DNA of 39,136 bases, taken from IMG/VR virus record IMGVR_UViG_3300037313_001206, positions 1 to 39,136 of that record. One strand, given 5' to 3'. The notes below the pieces were generated by a model. That model was not told the DNA's origin, ran no database searches, and saw only the letters and a list, made by a program, of their open reading frames with translations. Both the position numbers and the translations under genes were made by a program. This stretch comes from a virus (taxonomy: Duplodnaviria; Caudoviricetes). Below, piece by piece: positions 1 through 7,657 of the stretch. Numbering within the stretch: position 1 is the first letter of the stretch; each line of letters starts with the position of its first letter.

Positions 1-145
1 GCAGACATGCGGGGTTACTCCTCAAGTATTACGCCCCGTTTACCGTTTAGCAAAGCCCAGACGCTCTTCCATCTCCTTGATTGACAGGTCTTTAAAGTCC
101 TTCTCTTTCGGAGCGGCGTGCGTCGTGGCATTGCCGCGTGGTACG
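1..145. repeat. Terminal direct repeat / circular overlap (copy 1)
   Basis: 1-145 matches 38992-39136 except position 127 (G) vs 39118 (T). Scaffold and major capsid genes become adjacent across the junction. Confidence 0.97.
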
Positions 146-741
146 GCGGCTTGTTGCTTCTGGGCTAGCTCTGAAAGGGTGTCTTTCTTCGCCTGAGACT
201 GTACTGCACTCACCCCGCCGGATTGCATGACGGCGACAGCGTATAAACTGTCAAGATCGCCAGCTAAGTATGGCTTGTCAGCCAGTACTTCGATCATTTT
301 GCTTTCCATGGCAGCATCGTGGCTCGGGTCATTCCAGAAGTCGCGAACGGCTTCTTTGACTTCGACACGTTGCAAGCGCTTCAATAGCTCCGGATCTTGT
401 CCGGTCGCGGCAGCTTCGGCGGCGGCGTTGTCATCGGCCACGGCTTGGGTGGCTTTTTCCAACTCTCCGGCGCGTTGACCATGCCGACCAGCCAGCTTTT
501 CAGCTTCACGGGCCATTTTGGCAGCTTTACGGGTGTTATCACTATCGAGTTGCAAACCTTTCTTTGATGCCCAATCAGCAAGTTGTGCGTCATCATCGTC
601 CGCGCTCGCCGTGGTTGCTTCGGTTTGTACCTCAGTAGCAGTATCGGTTGGTTCGACCGCTACAGTTGTCTCAGCGGGGGCCGGTTGTGCGGAAGCCGCG
701 CCGGTCTCGACTGGAGCTGAAGTTGTGGTGTCTTCGTCCAT
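40..741 (-). CDS. Capsid scaffolding protein
   Basis: Acidic T/A/E-rich disordered N-terminus, helical core and short C-terminal helix (DLSIKEMEERLG). Lies after the portal and directly before the major capsid across the junction. Confidence 0.75.
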   Translation of the reverse strand: MDEDTTTSAPVETGAASAQPAPAETTVAVEPTDTATEVQTEATTASADDDDAQLADWASKKGLQLDSDNTRKAAKMAREAEKLAGRHGQRAGELEKATQAVADDNAAAEAAATGQDPELLKRLQRVEVKEAVRDFWNDPSHDAAMESKMIEVLADKPYLAGDLDSLYAVAVMQSGGVSAVQSQAKKDTLSELAQKQQAAVPRGNATTHAAPKEKDFKDLSIKEMEERLGFAKR

Positions 742-793
742 CTCTGTTACTTTCTCTTATTAGCAGGCTAGTCCCTAGCCCAGTGGTAACGGC

Positions 794-1045
794 TCAGACA
801 TCGGGCTGATTATCTGAACCGGCACCACTGGAATACCGACTGGTGACGTGCGCATCACTGACGCTGCTAATGTGCTGGAGCACCTGACCGTATCCCTTAG
901 CAGTTGCCACGTAATCGCGGGCGTACTCGGGGTTTGCTTCGGCCCGGTCATGCTCAGTTGTACGTTGTTCTTGCAACCATGTCAACAGGCTTATGCCTGC
1001 CGGACTATTAAAGAACTGCTCGTACTCGCGGGCAAACCGGCTCAC
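794..1045 (-). CDS. Small head-module protein between portal and scaffold
   Basis: 83 aa ORF overlapping the portal stop. The 'FFNSPAGISLLTWL' N-terminus resembles small post-portal proteins. Confidence 0.65.
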   Translation of the reverse strand: MSRFAREYEQFFNSPAGISLLTWLQEQRTTEHDRAEANPEYARDYVATAKGYGQVLQHISSVSDAHVTSRYSSGAGSDNQPDV

Positions 1046-3180
1046 GCGGCCGCTCCTTGGCTGTCCTGGGCGCGTGCCGCCACGAGTTGGGCCAGCTCGT
1101 CGGGTGTCAGGTCACTCGGGGCAGCCAAGAGGGCTTCGGGTGGCAGTCCAGCGAGCGGACTCGTTCCAGGCGCTGGAGTTTTACTTGTCGCAGCGGCACT
1201 GGAAGCGGCGACCGGGGCGGCGGCGAGTGGTGGGGTTTGCTCGGGCGGCAAGCCAAGTGACGCCAAAATCGCATTGCGGACGGCTGGGTCATCGGTACTC
1301 GAGAACATTTTCACCATGTCAGCTGTTTCGTGGACTTGGCCGCCGGGCGTGGTTGCCATACCAGGTAGCGGCAGACCTGGGGTTGGTGCTACACCGGCTG
1401 CCAATGGTGCGGGCGGCAGCGCTGCGGCATCGGCGCCTGCCATACCTTCGGGTACGCCCGGCTGCGGCATGGCTTGGGTGGGATCAGGTACTAGTAGCTG
1501 TTCAACCTCGTCAGGATCGAGTTCAAAACCACGGGATAGTACCAGTTTTGTCAGCTCACGCTGCGCCACATTGGGATCATTTAAGAAAGCTTTTAAGAGG
1601 TTGGCGGCGTCTTGCTGCTGGGTCTGCTTCTTCTGCTGCACGGTTAGGTCAAGCTGCACGCGTGGCTCATACAATCCCCTGAACTCTGCGGGGTCAAACT
1701 CCTGCCAATTGGCACCATCTTTGCCCACGATACGCACCATCATCGGTTCAGTCACGTACAGTTGGATTAAACGGAAGACAATCTTTGCCATGCGGTGGAA
1801 GTAGCCGTTTTCCAACTGGGTGACTTTCAAACTAATCCGTTGTCCGGCTCCGGCAACTTGGGCGTTAATCTCGGTGGCGGTCTGCTTAGCGCCAGCCGTC
1901 TGGCCGACACCCTTAATCACCTCATTCGAGGCCGTCGTTTCTCGAATCTCGTTCTTGATGTTCATGCGCTCATTAAAAGCGTCGGGCGGAATGACGCCGG
2001 TCGGCACCGGTACATACGCACCCGCTTCGACGGGGATGATTTCGCCAGGCAGGTTTTCGATTTCCTGCATTAAGTGCTTGTACTTCGGATCGAGCGTCTT
2101 CTGTTGGTTCAAGTTAAAGGAAATCGCGTCCTTTTCCTGGTTACTGAAATCGTTTAGATCTTCCTGTTGGTCGGCGATGAAGTCTACGTCGCCCTTCGCG
2201 TAAAACAGCGAACCATCGACGTAGTTGCGAGCGTCAGCAAAAGGCAGTAAGCCTTGGGGGAACACTTCACTGGCTTTTTTGCCCGCCGCTACCTGGTTGG
2301 CCCGGTCGCGGGCTTTGAAGTAATTCTCAGTGTCCTCAATTACTACCCGGCGATTGGCGATAGAAATCGTCCGATCAACCGTCCAGTACTCAATGACTTC
2401 GATCTGGTCTTTGACTTCGGGCAGAACTGACCCATACAGCAAGTCCTTTTCCTGTTTATCAGTCTTCTGGTCGCCCGCCGAACTGCCACTGCTCTCGACT
2501 GATTCGTCAGCGCTGTCACCTTTTAACTGGTCGAGATTCTTATACTTCGGCTTCATGTCACCAGTCGGATTGCCCTCTTTGTCGAGCTTATCGAGATCCA
2601 CCACTTCGTACTGTTCGAGCTCATCAAGAGTGGTGAGATAGCGGCGGCCACACCAGCGCGTCGTCCGTTCATCGAGTTCATAGGCGAATGGGTCAATGCA
2701 AAAGTCCCATACGGGCACATTGATGAGCACCGGATGGTCAATGTCCCACGTAAAGTAGTCGATGGCGGTGCCTTCACGGATAAAACCACGCCCCGTGTTG
2801 ATACACTTGACACTCCACTGATCCTTATCCCAGTAGTAGTCAATGAGGCCGTTCAAGATGGTAGTGTCTTGATCTTGACGGTCTTGCGGTGGCAAGAACT
2901 GGAGCTTCGGCTTGGTGCCAAACAGGGCCGAGGTTAGCGTTTCGACGGTACTGAACGTCATTGGGACGAAGGTGTCAGAGACGCCGAGGTAACCCCGTTT
3001 GATACGCTCATTGTTGTACAGTTTGTAGTTATCAAGCCAGCGATTATGCCAGCTGCCAGTCACGTACTCCCAGTGGTTATTAAAATCTTCTATGACCATC
3101 GCCAGAGTTTCAGCTTCGGCTTGCTTAGCCTGCCGCTGCTCTTTGGTCAGTTTCTCTGTTTCGCCTTTAGTCGTCGCCAT
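1042..3180 (-). CDS. Portal protein (podovirus/P22-like) with Pro/Ala-rich C-terminal tail
   Basis: ~712 aa directly after TerL, with the portal-like 'QTATEINAQ...ISLKVTQLE' motif. Start placed at MATTK (3180), 8 nt after TGTTACAAT. Confidence 0.88.
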   Translation of the reverse strand: MATTKGETEKLTKEQRQAKQAEAETLAMVIEDFNNHWEYVTGSWHNRWLDNYKLYNNERIKRGYLGVSDTFVPMTFSTVETLTSALFGTKPKLQFLPPQDRQDQDTTILNGLIDYYWDKDQWSVKCINTGRGFIREGTAIDYFTWDIDHPVLINVPVWDFCIDPFAYELDERTTRWCGRRYLTTLDELEQYEVVDLDKLDKEGNPTGDMKPKYKNLDQLKGDSADESVESSGSSAGDQKTDKQEKDLLYGSVLPEVKDQIEVIEYWTVDRTISIANRRVVIEDTENYFKARDRANQVAAGKKASEVFPQGLLPFADARNYVDGSLFYAKGDVDFIADQQEDLNDFSNQEKDAISFNLNQQKTLDPKYKHLMQEIENLPGEIIPVEAGAYVPVPTGVIPPDAFNERMNIKNEIRETTASNEVIKGVGQTAGAKQTATEINAQVAGAGQRISLKVTQLENGYFHRMAKIVFRLIQLYVTEPMMVRIVGKDGANWQEFDPAEFRGLYEPRVQLDLTVQQKKQTQQQDAANLLKAFLNDPNVAQRELTKLVLSRGFELDPDEVEQLLVPDPTQAMPQPGVPEGMAGADAAALPPAPLAAGVAPTPGLPLPGMATTPGGQVHETADMVKMFSSTDDPAVRNAILASLGLPPEQTPPLAAAPVAASSAAATSKTPAPGTSPLAGLPPEALLAAPSDLTPDELAQLVAARAQDSQGAAA

Positions 3181-3200
3181 TTTCACGCATTGTAACACGC

Positions 3201-4424
3201 TTATGCGGCACGCGCATACTTTTGCTTGACGCCACGGTATTCTGGCGGTTTGTAAACATGCACGTCATTCATCGGTACTAAACTGTTCATGCCGTAGATT
3301 GTCGCCATCATGCCATCAGACCAGTAGTGGTCGTATTCATTGAGGATTTTGCCATCTTTATCGGTCTTCCACATGAAGTTGCGGTAGCTTTTTATGAGAC
3401 TTGTCGAACGTTTGGTAATGCTGATTTGCTGCGATTGCACGTAGTCGATCATGCGTTTGACACTACCCGGCCCTTTGTCAGCACCGGTAATGTTGACCCC
3501 AAAGTTGCCAATCTCGTCAATGCTCTTCGGTTCAGCAGAATCTGCCACGACGAGTATGTTTGACTGCGGCAATGCGTTAATCTTGTCGGCGATGTCCTTA
3601 TTATGCATTCCCTTACGGTACAGCTGCTCATCGAGAATGTAACCACCATTATAGTAATAGATATCTACAAGTGCGGTTGGGTCGTTGGTAAAACCGAAGT
3701 CCAGACCGCGTCGTTCCAAACGGGCCTCGTGCGGTATCTCGTCTATAATCTTCCAGCCAGTAAAGATTTTACCCTCAAGATCACCGCGTTTACCCTCGGC
3801 ATAGACTTTCCCCCACTGCGGGTTACTCCGGGCTTTGCGTTTGATATCCTCGATAATAGCGGCCTCCAAAGCTTCATTGTCCTTATAGGTGAGGATTAGG
3901 AAGTCTACGCGATCGTCAGTGGTACTCGGTTCCCGCTCGTCTTGCAGACCATAATCCTCGTACATGTAGAAATCATTGACTGGGTTCCAGTCCGCTAGGG
4001 CAAACTCTCGAGTACGAAACAGTAGCTGTTCCCAGGCTTCTTTGGGCACATTGTTGACCTCGTTGACGTACAGACGGTCTCGACGGGGGCCACGCACCTT
4101 ACTCGGCTGGTCGGCACTAAAGAACTCGAGCTTACTGCCTGTCTCAAAGGTGTATGTAAAGTCAGTCTTAGACCACCGAGCGTCTTCGTAATAACTGTGC
4201 TCCTCCATGATGTTTAAGAAGTCACGCATGGCGCCACGGCGTAAATGAGGAAATGATTCACTGACTACGGAGGTTAACGTTGGTTTTTGATCATACTGAC
4301 ACTTTGCAATGAGGTACAGAAGCGTGCTAATGGTTTTACTTGCACTGGTGCCACCAGCTAGTAAGCGTATGCGTTTGTGTAGGCGCTTAACTTTCTTGGT
4401 TGCCGTCGTTTCCAGGTAGGGCAT
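3201..4424 (-). CDS. terL: Terminase large subunit, PBSX family
   Basis: Walker A GGTSASKT, Walker B RLYVNE, 'DWNP', nuclease motifs GLDFGFTNDP and ADSAEPKSI. Confidence 0.95.
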   Translation of the reverse strand: MPYLETTATKKVKRLHKRIRLLAGGTSASKTISTLLYLIAKCQYDQKPTLTSVVSESFPHLRRGAMRDFLNIMEEHSYYEDARWSKTDFTYTFETGSKLEFFSADQPSKVRGPRRDRLYVNEVNNVPKEAWEQLLFRTREFALADWNPVNDFYMYEDYGLQDEREPSTTDDRVDFLILTYKDNEALEAAIIEDIKRKARSNPQWGKVYAEGKRGDLEGKIFTGWKIIDEIPHEARLERRGLDFGFTNDPTALVDIYYYNGGYILDEQLYRKGMHNKDIADKINALPQSNILVVADSAEPKSIDEIGNFGVNITGADKGPGSVKRMIDYVQSQQISITKRSTSLIKSYRNFMWKTDKDGKILNEYDHYWSDGMMATIYGMNSLVPMNDVHVYKPPEYRGVKQKYARAA

Positions 4425-4764
4425 CGTGTTCCTCTAGAGACATGATAGGTGTGACCTGTTTTACGGTGGCGTCAATCTCCTGACGTTTGGCCCAACCCGA
4501 CTCAAACAGTGCTTTATAAGCAGCCGTGTCGCCACTCGCCGCCTTAGTAATCTGGGCTTGAATAATTGCCTTAATGGGAGCACCTTTGAACTCGACCATC
4601 TTGTATCCTTGTAGGATAGTCATTTTAAAATCTTCATCGTGCAACAGCTCCTGCACCCAGGTATTGATGTGCTTCTTGCCCTTTTTAGCCAGGCCGCCTT
4701 TACGACCTAGCTCGCTTGCAGTTTCACTAGTAATGTGTATTAAATTGTCTTTTGGGTCTGCCAT
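4387..4764 (-). CDS. Putative terminase small subunit
   Basis: Overlaps the TerL start. N-terminal 'ASELGRKGG' and C-terminal 'KAASGDTAAYKAL' are TerS-like. Confidence 0.7.
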   Translation of the reverse strand: MADPKDNLIHITSETASELGRKGGLAKKGKKHINTWVQELLHDEDFKMTILQGYKMVEFKGAPIKAIIQAQITKAASGDTAAYKALFESGWAKRQEIDATVKQVTPIMSLEEHDALPGNDGNQES

Positions 4765-4878
4765 AGTCTAGCCTTAATCTAGCTATTTTGTACCACTTAT
4801 GGCCTATTTCGTCTAGTCCACCGTATTAATAACAGGAGTACGAGCGTAACTGTCAGCAGCCATAAATGTATCGTATCA

Positions 4879-5244
4879 CTAATTGTTTGCTTGGGTGTCA
4901 TCTAGTCCACTGGCACGCTTAGCTGCTTCATAATCCGCAAGCGGTGGTAGTATACTGACGTCTAGAATCGAGTTGTAGTCTATACCATGTTTCACCATCC
5001 ATTCGGGATTTAGGACTGGGCTAGAGTTGTAGATTAGCTTGAACTGTACGTCATTGGTATCAACCCATCCGTCGTCGGTAAAAGCTTGCTTGATTTGGCT
5101 CACCAACCCATCCCAATACTCTTCCGCTGCTGGATTATCTGTCAAAGTCTGCTGCATTCGGGGAGAAGCAGTCTCGTATTGTTTCGCTAAGTCTACGATG
5201 AAGCCATCGACAACACCCTTCAGTTTCTCATCTAAATCACTCAT
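4879..5244 (-). CDS. Hypothetical protein (MSxLD..QIK family)
   Basis: 121 aa, overlaps the upstream stop. Shares an MSxLD start and QIK motif with the 10592 and 10783 ORFs. Confidence 0.7.
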   Translation of the reverse strand: MSDLDEKLKGVVDGFIVDLAKQYETASPRMQQTLTDNPAAEEYWDGLVSQIKQAFTDDGWVDTNDVQFKLIYNSSPVLNPEWMVKHGIDYNSILDVSILPPLADYEAAKRASGLDDTQANN

Positions 5245-5501
5245 CCCCGCTTAGCCATCCTTCCTGCTTGTAGCCACTCACCAGCTTTCTTGCGCTCTTC
5301 ATCGGTATACACGCGCTTAGACTTCTTACCGCCAATAGCTCCAAACACACGGGCACGCTCCCTGCCCTCTTCACCAGCAGCAAAGCCACCGGTTTTAGAG
5401 GCCCTACCGCCTTTTGCGCCCAGCTCTCGGTAAAAGTTCTTGCCGTAGCGTTCTTTGTTAGTACGTGCAGCTGCCATACCACCAGATTTTGTTCCAGCCA
5501 T
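5241..5501 (-). CDS. KGG-repeat general-stress-like protein (Saccharibacteria type)
   Basis: MAGTKSGGMAAARTNKERYGKNFYRELGAKGG...TGGFAA...ARVFGAIGG closely resembles KGG proteins I recall from Saccharibacteria. Confidence 0.8.
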   Translation of the reverse strand: MAGTKSGGMAAARTNKERYGKNFYRELGAKGGRASKTGGFAAGEEGRERARVFGAIGGKKSKRVYTDEERKKAGEWLQAGRMAKRG

Positions 5502-5735
5502 CTATTTCTTCCCCTTCACATTTTTAGTAAGCATGAATCCCAATACCTCATGCGCAATAGCAATGTTGTCATCTGCTAGGTCTAGCTCACGCAGATATTT
5601 GCTGTGCTTGTCACCTTTCTGATGGACAGTTACTAGTTGCATAGTTTTTTCACGTAACTTCATTAAATCGCTGATTTGTCCAACTTGTTCACTGACTTCG
5701 TCTAGGCTATACGGCATCTTACGGGTTAGTTTCAT
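5502..5735 (-). CDS. Hypothetical protein
   Basis: 77 aa ORF tightly packed in the minus-strand operon. Confidence 0.65.
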   Translation of the reverse strand: MKLTRKMPYSLDEVSEQVGQISDLMKLREKTMQLVTVHQKGDKHSKYLRELDLADDNIAIAHEVLGFMLTKNVKGKK

Positions 5736-5738
5736 AGG

Positions 5739-5906
5739 TTACTTTCCCTGCTTCCTTTTGGCTTCATCTAGTGCATCCTTAAATTCATGCCCTAAGTTGA
5801 CTATAGCCGGGTCATTGTCATACATAGGATGCGTGTACAATTTCCCATCAATCCAATCGTCAAGTAACCGGTGGGCCTTGGCTCGAGATGTCTCGTATTC
5901 TTTCAC
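5739..5906 (-). CDS. Small hypothetical protein (55 aa, below ORF-track cutoff)
   Basis: GTG start after GAGGAA, translated by hand as MKEYETSRAKAHRLLDDW...KQGK*. Fills the gap in the operon. Confidence 0.6.
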   Translation of the reverse strand: MKEYETSRAKAHRLLDDWIDGKLYTHPMYDNDPAIVNLGHEFKDALDEAKRKQGK

Positions 5907-6151
5907 TTCCTCACTCCTAATGTACTCGCGTACGAATCTTTAATCTCTAGTGGTTCAGGATACATGGCTAGATATGACTGTGGCGCATGTGCGCGGTTTA
6001 GGTAAATGCGGTCAATCTGGGCGATGAACTCGGCTTGCGCCTCGTTCTCTGGTTCGCTGACCCCGATCAACACGTTCCATATGTGGAGTGCTTTTACAGG
6101 GTCAGAGATAGCCATAGGACGCTTACCAGAGTTGAAGGTCACAAACGCCAT
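5903..6151 (-). CDS. Hypothetical protein
   Basis: 82 aa, TGATG-coupled to the upstream ORF. Confidence 0.65.
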   Translation of the reverse strand: MAFVTFNSGKRPMAISDPVKALHIWNVLIGVSEPENEAQAEFIAQIDRIYLNRAHAPQSYLAMYPEPLEIKDSYASTLGVRK

Positions 6152-6222
6152 CAGTTTCTACTCTCTATAACTGACGCTATTGCTAAGATTAAGGCTAAAA
6201 TTGACACTACATAAGCAAACAT
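6151..6222 (-). CDS. 23-aa hydrophobic membrane peptide
   Basis: MFAYVVSILALILAIASVIESRN*, preceded by AAGGAGG. Confidence 0.5.
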   Translation of the reverse strand: MFAYVVSILALILAIASVIESRN

Positions 6223-6223
6223 A

Positions 6224-6394
6224 CTACCCCTCCTTAACCCGCATCTTAACCACAGTAGAGCAATTACAACCGAGTACGGCGTATTCTACTTTCTCGTAGA
6301 GGTTTTTGTGGGTAACTACTGGCTCATACACGTCATATGTTTTGGCAATAAAGAACTTGTGGGAACCAAATAGGGGACAGTCGTCTTTAGTCAT
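6224..6394 (-). CDS. Small Cys-containing hypothetical protein (56 aa)
   Basis: MTKDDCPLFGSHKF...LGCNCSTVVKMRVKEG*, overlapping the upstream ORF. Confidence 0.55.
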   Translation of the reverse strand: MTKDDCPLFGSHKFFIAKTYDVYEPVVTHKNLYEKVEYAVLGCNCSTVVKMRVKEG

Positions 6395-6506
6395 TGGATT
6401 GTTTCTCTTCCTGTAGTTTCTTGTGGAGCCATTCTGGGCGGTCTTGGATACTGTTCCAGATGGCGTCGTCTTCTTTACGAATAAATATGTTATATCTCGG
6501 CATCAT
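6387..6506 (-). CDS. 39-aa putative ribbon-helix-helix DNA-binding protein
   Basis: MMPRYNIFIRKEDDAIWNSIQDRPEWLHKKL shows a beta-strand followed by two helices. Confidence 0.45.
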   Translation of the reverse strand: MMPRYNIFIRKEDDAIWNSIQDRPEWLHKKLQEEKQSND

Positions 6507-6520
6507 TTCTTTCTTCTTAG

Positions 6521-6633
6521 TGGAGGCGCAGACAGGGTTCTCACCTGCAAGGTCTATGAATCGTAAAACCTCATCAATCGATGCCCTGCCTTAGAGTTAA
6601 CGTACGACCTCTTAAGACATTGGCAACTGCGCC
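6521..6633 (-). ncRNA. tRNA-like RNA with CCA end and non-canonical D/anticodon region
   Basis: Acceptor GGCGCAG/CTGCGCC followed by T and CCA, T-arm GCAGG-TGAGAAC-CCTGT, 113 nt. Confidence 0.6.
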
Positions 6634-6642
6634 ACATAGGCA

Positions 6643-6716
6643 CCTGAGCTGACCGGCTATCGCAGATTTCTACTGCTCCATCAAATATTCTACGGTCACT
6701 TTAGCTGACACTCAGG
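6643..6716 (-). ncRNA. Structured RNA with T-loop-like hairpin
   Basis: Closing CCTGAG/CTCAGG, inner TGACCG/CGGTCA, hairpin GCAG-TAGAAAT-CTGC. Confidence 0.45.
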
Positions 6717-6727
6717 GTATTACATCA

Positions 6728-6946
6728 TTATTTGTGCTCCCAAAGCTCGGGCGCTATTTCGCGTATGTATTTTGTTCCGTTAGGGTCATCCCCAGATCTG
6801 TAGCCAACCTTTACACCACGTTGGTATAAGTCCTGTGTCCATCGCTCAGCTGCGAGGATAAGCTCAGCTAGTTCACTGCTTGGTAGGTTGAGCCTTCGGC
6901 CCAGATCGAGAATGATCTCATAGGGTGACTTTTGGTTATCTTCCAC
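6728..6946 (-). CDS. Hypothetical protein
   Basis: 72 aa, coupled to the upstream ORF. Confidence 0.6.
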   Translation of the reverse strand: MEDNQKSPYEIILDLGRRLNLPSSELAELILAAERWTQDLYQRGVKVGYRSGDDPNGTKYIREIAPELWEHK

Positions 6947-7137
6947 TACAGTACCGCATACGCTTTCTGTGCAATGTCCCGCTGAGCCTCGCTTAAAAAC
7001 TTGCTTTTAAGGATGAATCGTACTCCTTGCTCTGGTGTGTAAAGCCGGGTGGCTACATCATCAGCAAGTTGTTTGAATCCAAATACATTGAGCAGTTCAG
7101 CAATTTGCTTTACTGTTGTGTCGCTGTAAGAAGTCAT
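6946..7137 (-). CDS. Hypothetical protein
   Basis: 63 aa with a strong GGAGG RBS. Confidence 0.7.
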   Translation of the reverse strand: MTSYSDTTVKQIAELLNVFGFKQLADDVATRLYTPEQGVRFILKSKFLSEAQRDIAQKAYAVL

Positions 7138-7292
7138 TAATTTGCCTCCTCCCCACAGTTCTCGCAGTGCATTGTGTCACCGTGGGTCACTTCACCATAG
7201 TTTGCCATGCTGACGTATTCACGGTTATTAAAAATGGCGTTCATACCACAGTTGGTGCAAACTTTGCGCTCTTGGAGTAGTTGGTCTGTCAT
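7137..7292 (-). CDS. 51-aa zinc-ribbon protein
   Basis: CTNC...CENC. First gene after the 7331-7359 promoter, preceded by AAGG. Confidence 0.6.
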   Translation of the reverse strand: MTDQLLQERKVCTNCGMNAIFNNREYVSMANYGEVTHGDTMHCENCGEEAN

Positions 7293-7330
7293 GATGCTTT
7301 TGTGCCTTTCATCATTAGTTGATACTTAGA

Positions 7331-7359
7331 AGTATACACACCCTATACACACATGTCAA
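7331..7359 (-). promoter_or_regulatory. Sigma70-type promoter for the leftward operon, with direct repeats
   Basis: TTGACA-17 nt-TATACT, with two TGTGTATA copies in the spacer/-10. Confidence 0.8.
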
Positions 7360-7380
7360 CAAGATTCTTACGCTTTCCAT

Positions 7381-7420
7381 AAAATAACTCCCCAATCTCG
7401 GCTACGAGTAACTGGGGAGT
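7381..7420 (-). terminator. Intrinsic terminator
   Basis: ACTCCCCA...TGGGGAGT stem followed by TATTTT. Confidence 0.7.
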
Positions 7421-7443
7421 GTACAAAAGATGGGATATCCGGT

Positions 7444-7604
7444 TGTAGACCATGGGCGAGTTCGTACGTATAGGCTGATACTCTGTAAGCAAGTTACTGT
7501 GCAGTTCGCATCCCGTACCCGACTATTAAGCGCTAACCTGTTCCTTGGGCCTGTAACAGCTTGCTGGGGCCAGTTCTCGCCACGCCGGACATGCTTGGTC
7601 TACA
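7444..7604 (-). ncRNA. ~160-nt rod-like structured RNA
   Basis: Extended -10 TGCTATATT (7611-7619). Nested stems TGTAGACCA/TGGTCTACA, GGCGAG/CTCGCC and AGCAA..GTTAC/GTAACTTGCT. Terminator downstream. Confidence 0.6.
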
Positions 7605-7657
7605 TTTCGTAATATAGCACACTTGCTTTTTTGAGTAAGAATGCTTACAGTAATAAG

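Noticed and set aside
848-1804. Long plus-strand ORFs (848-1804, 993-1682, also 35584-36300)
   Set aside because: Antisense shadows of the GC-rich portal and glycosyltransferase genes, with no recognisable motifs.
7444-7604. Retron msr-msd (terminal inverted repeat)
   Set aside because: No RT gene (no YxDD-containing RT ORF) in the genome.
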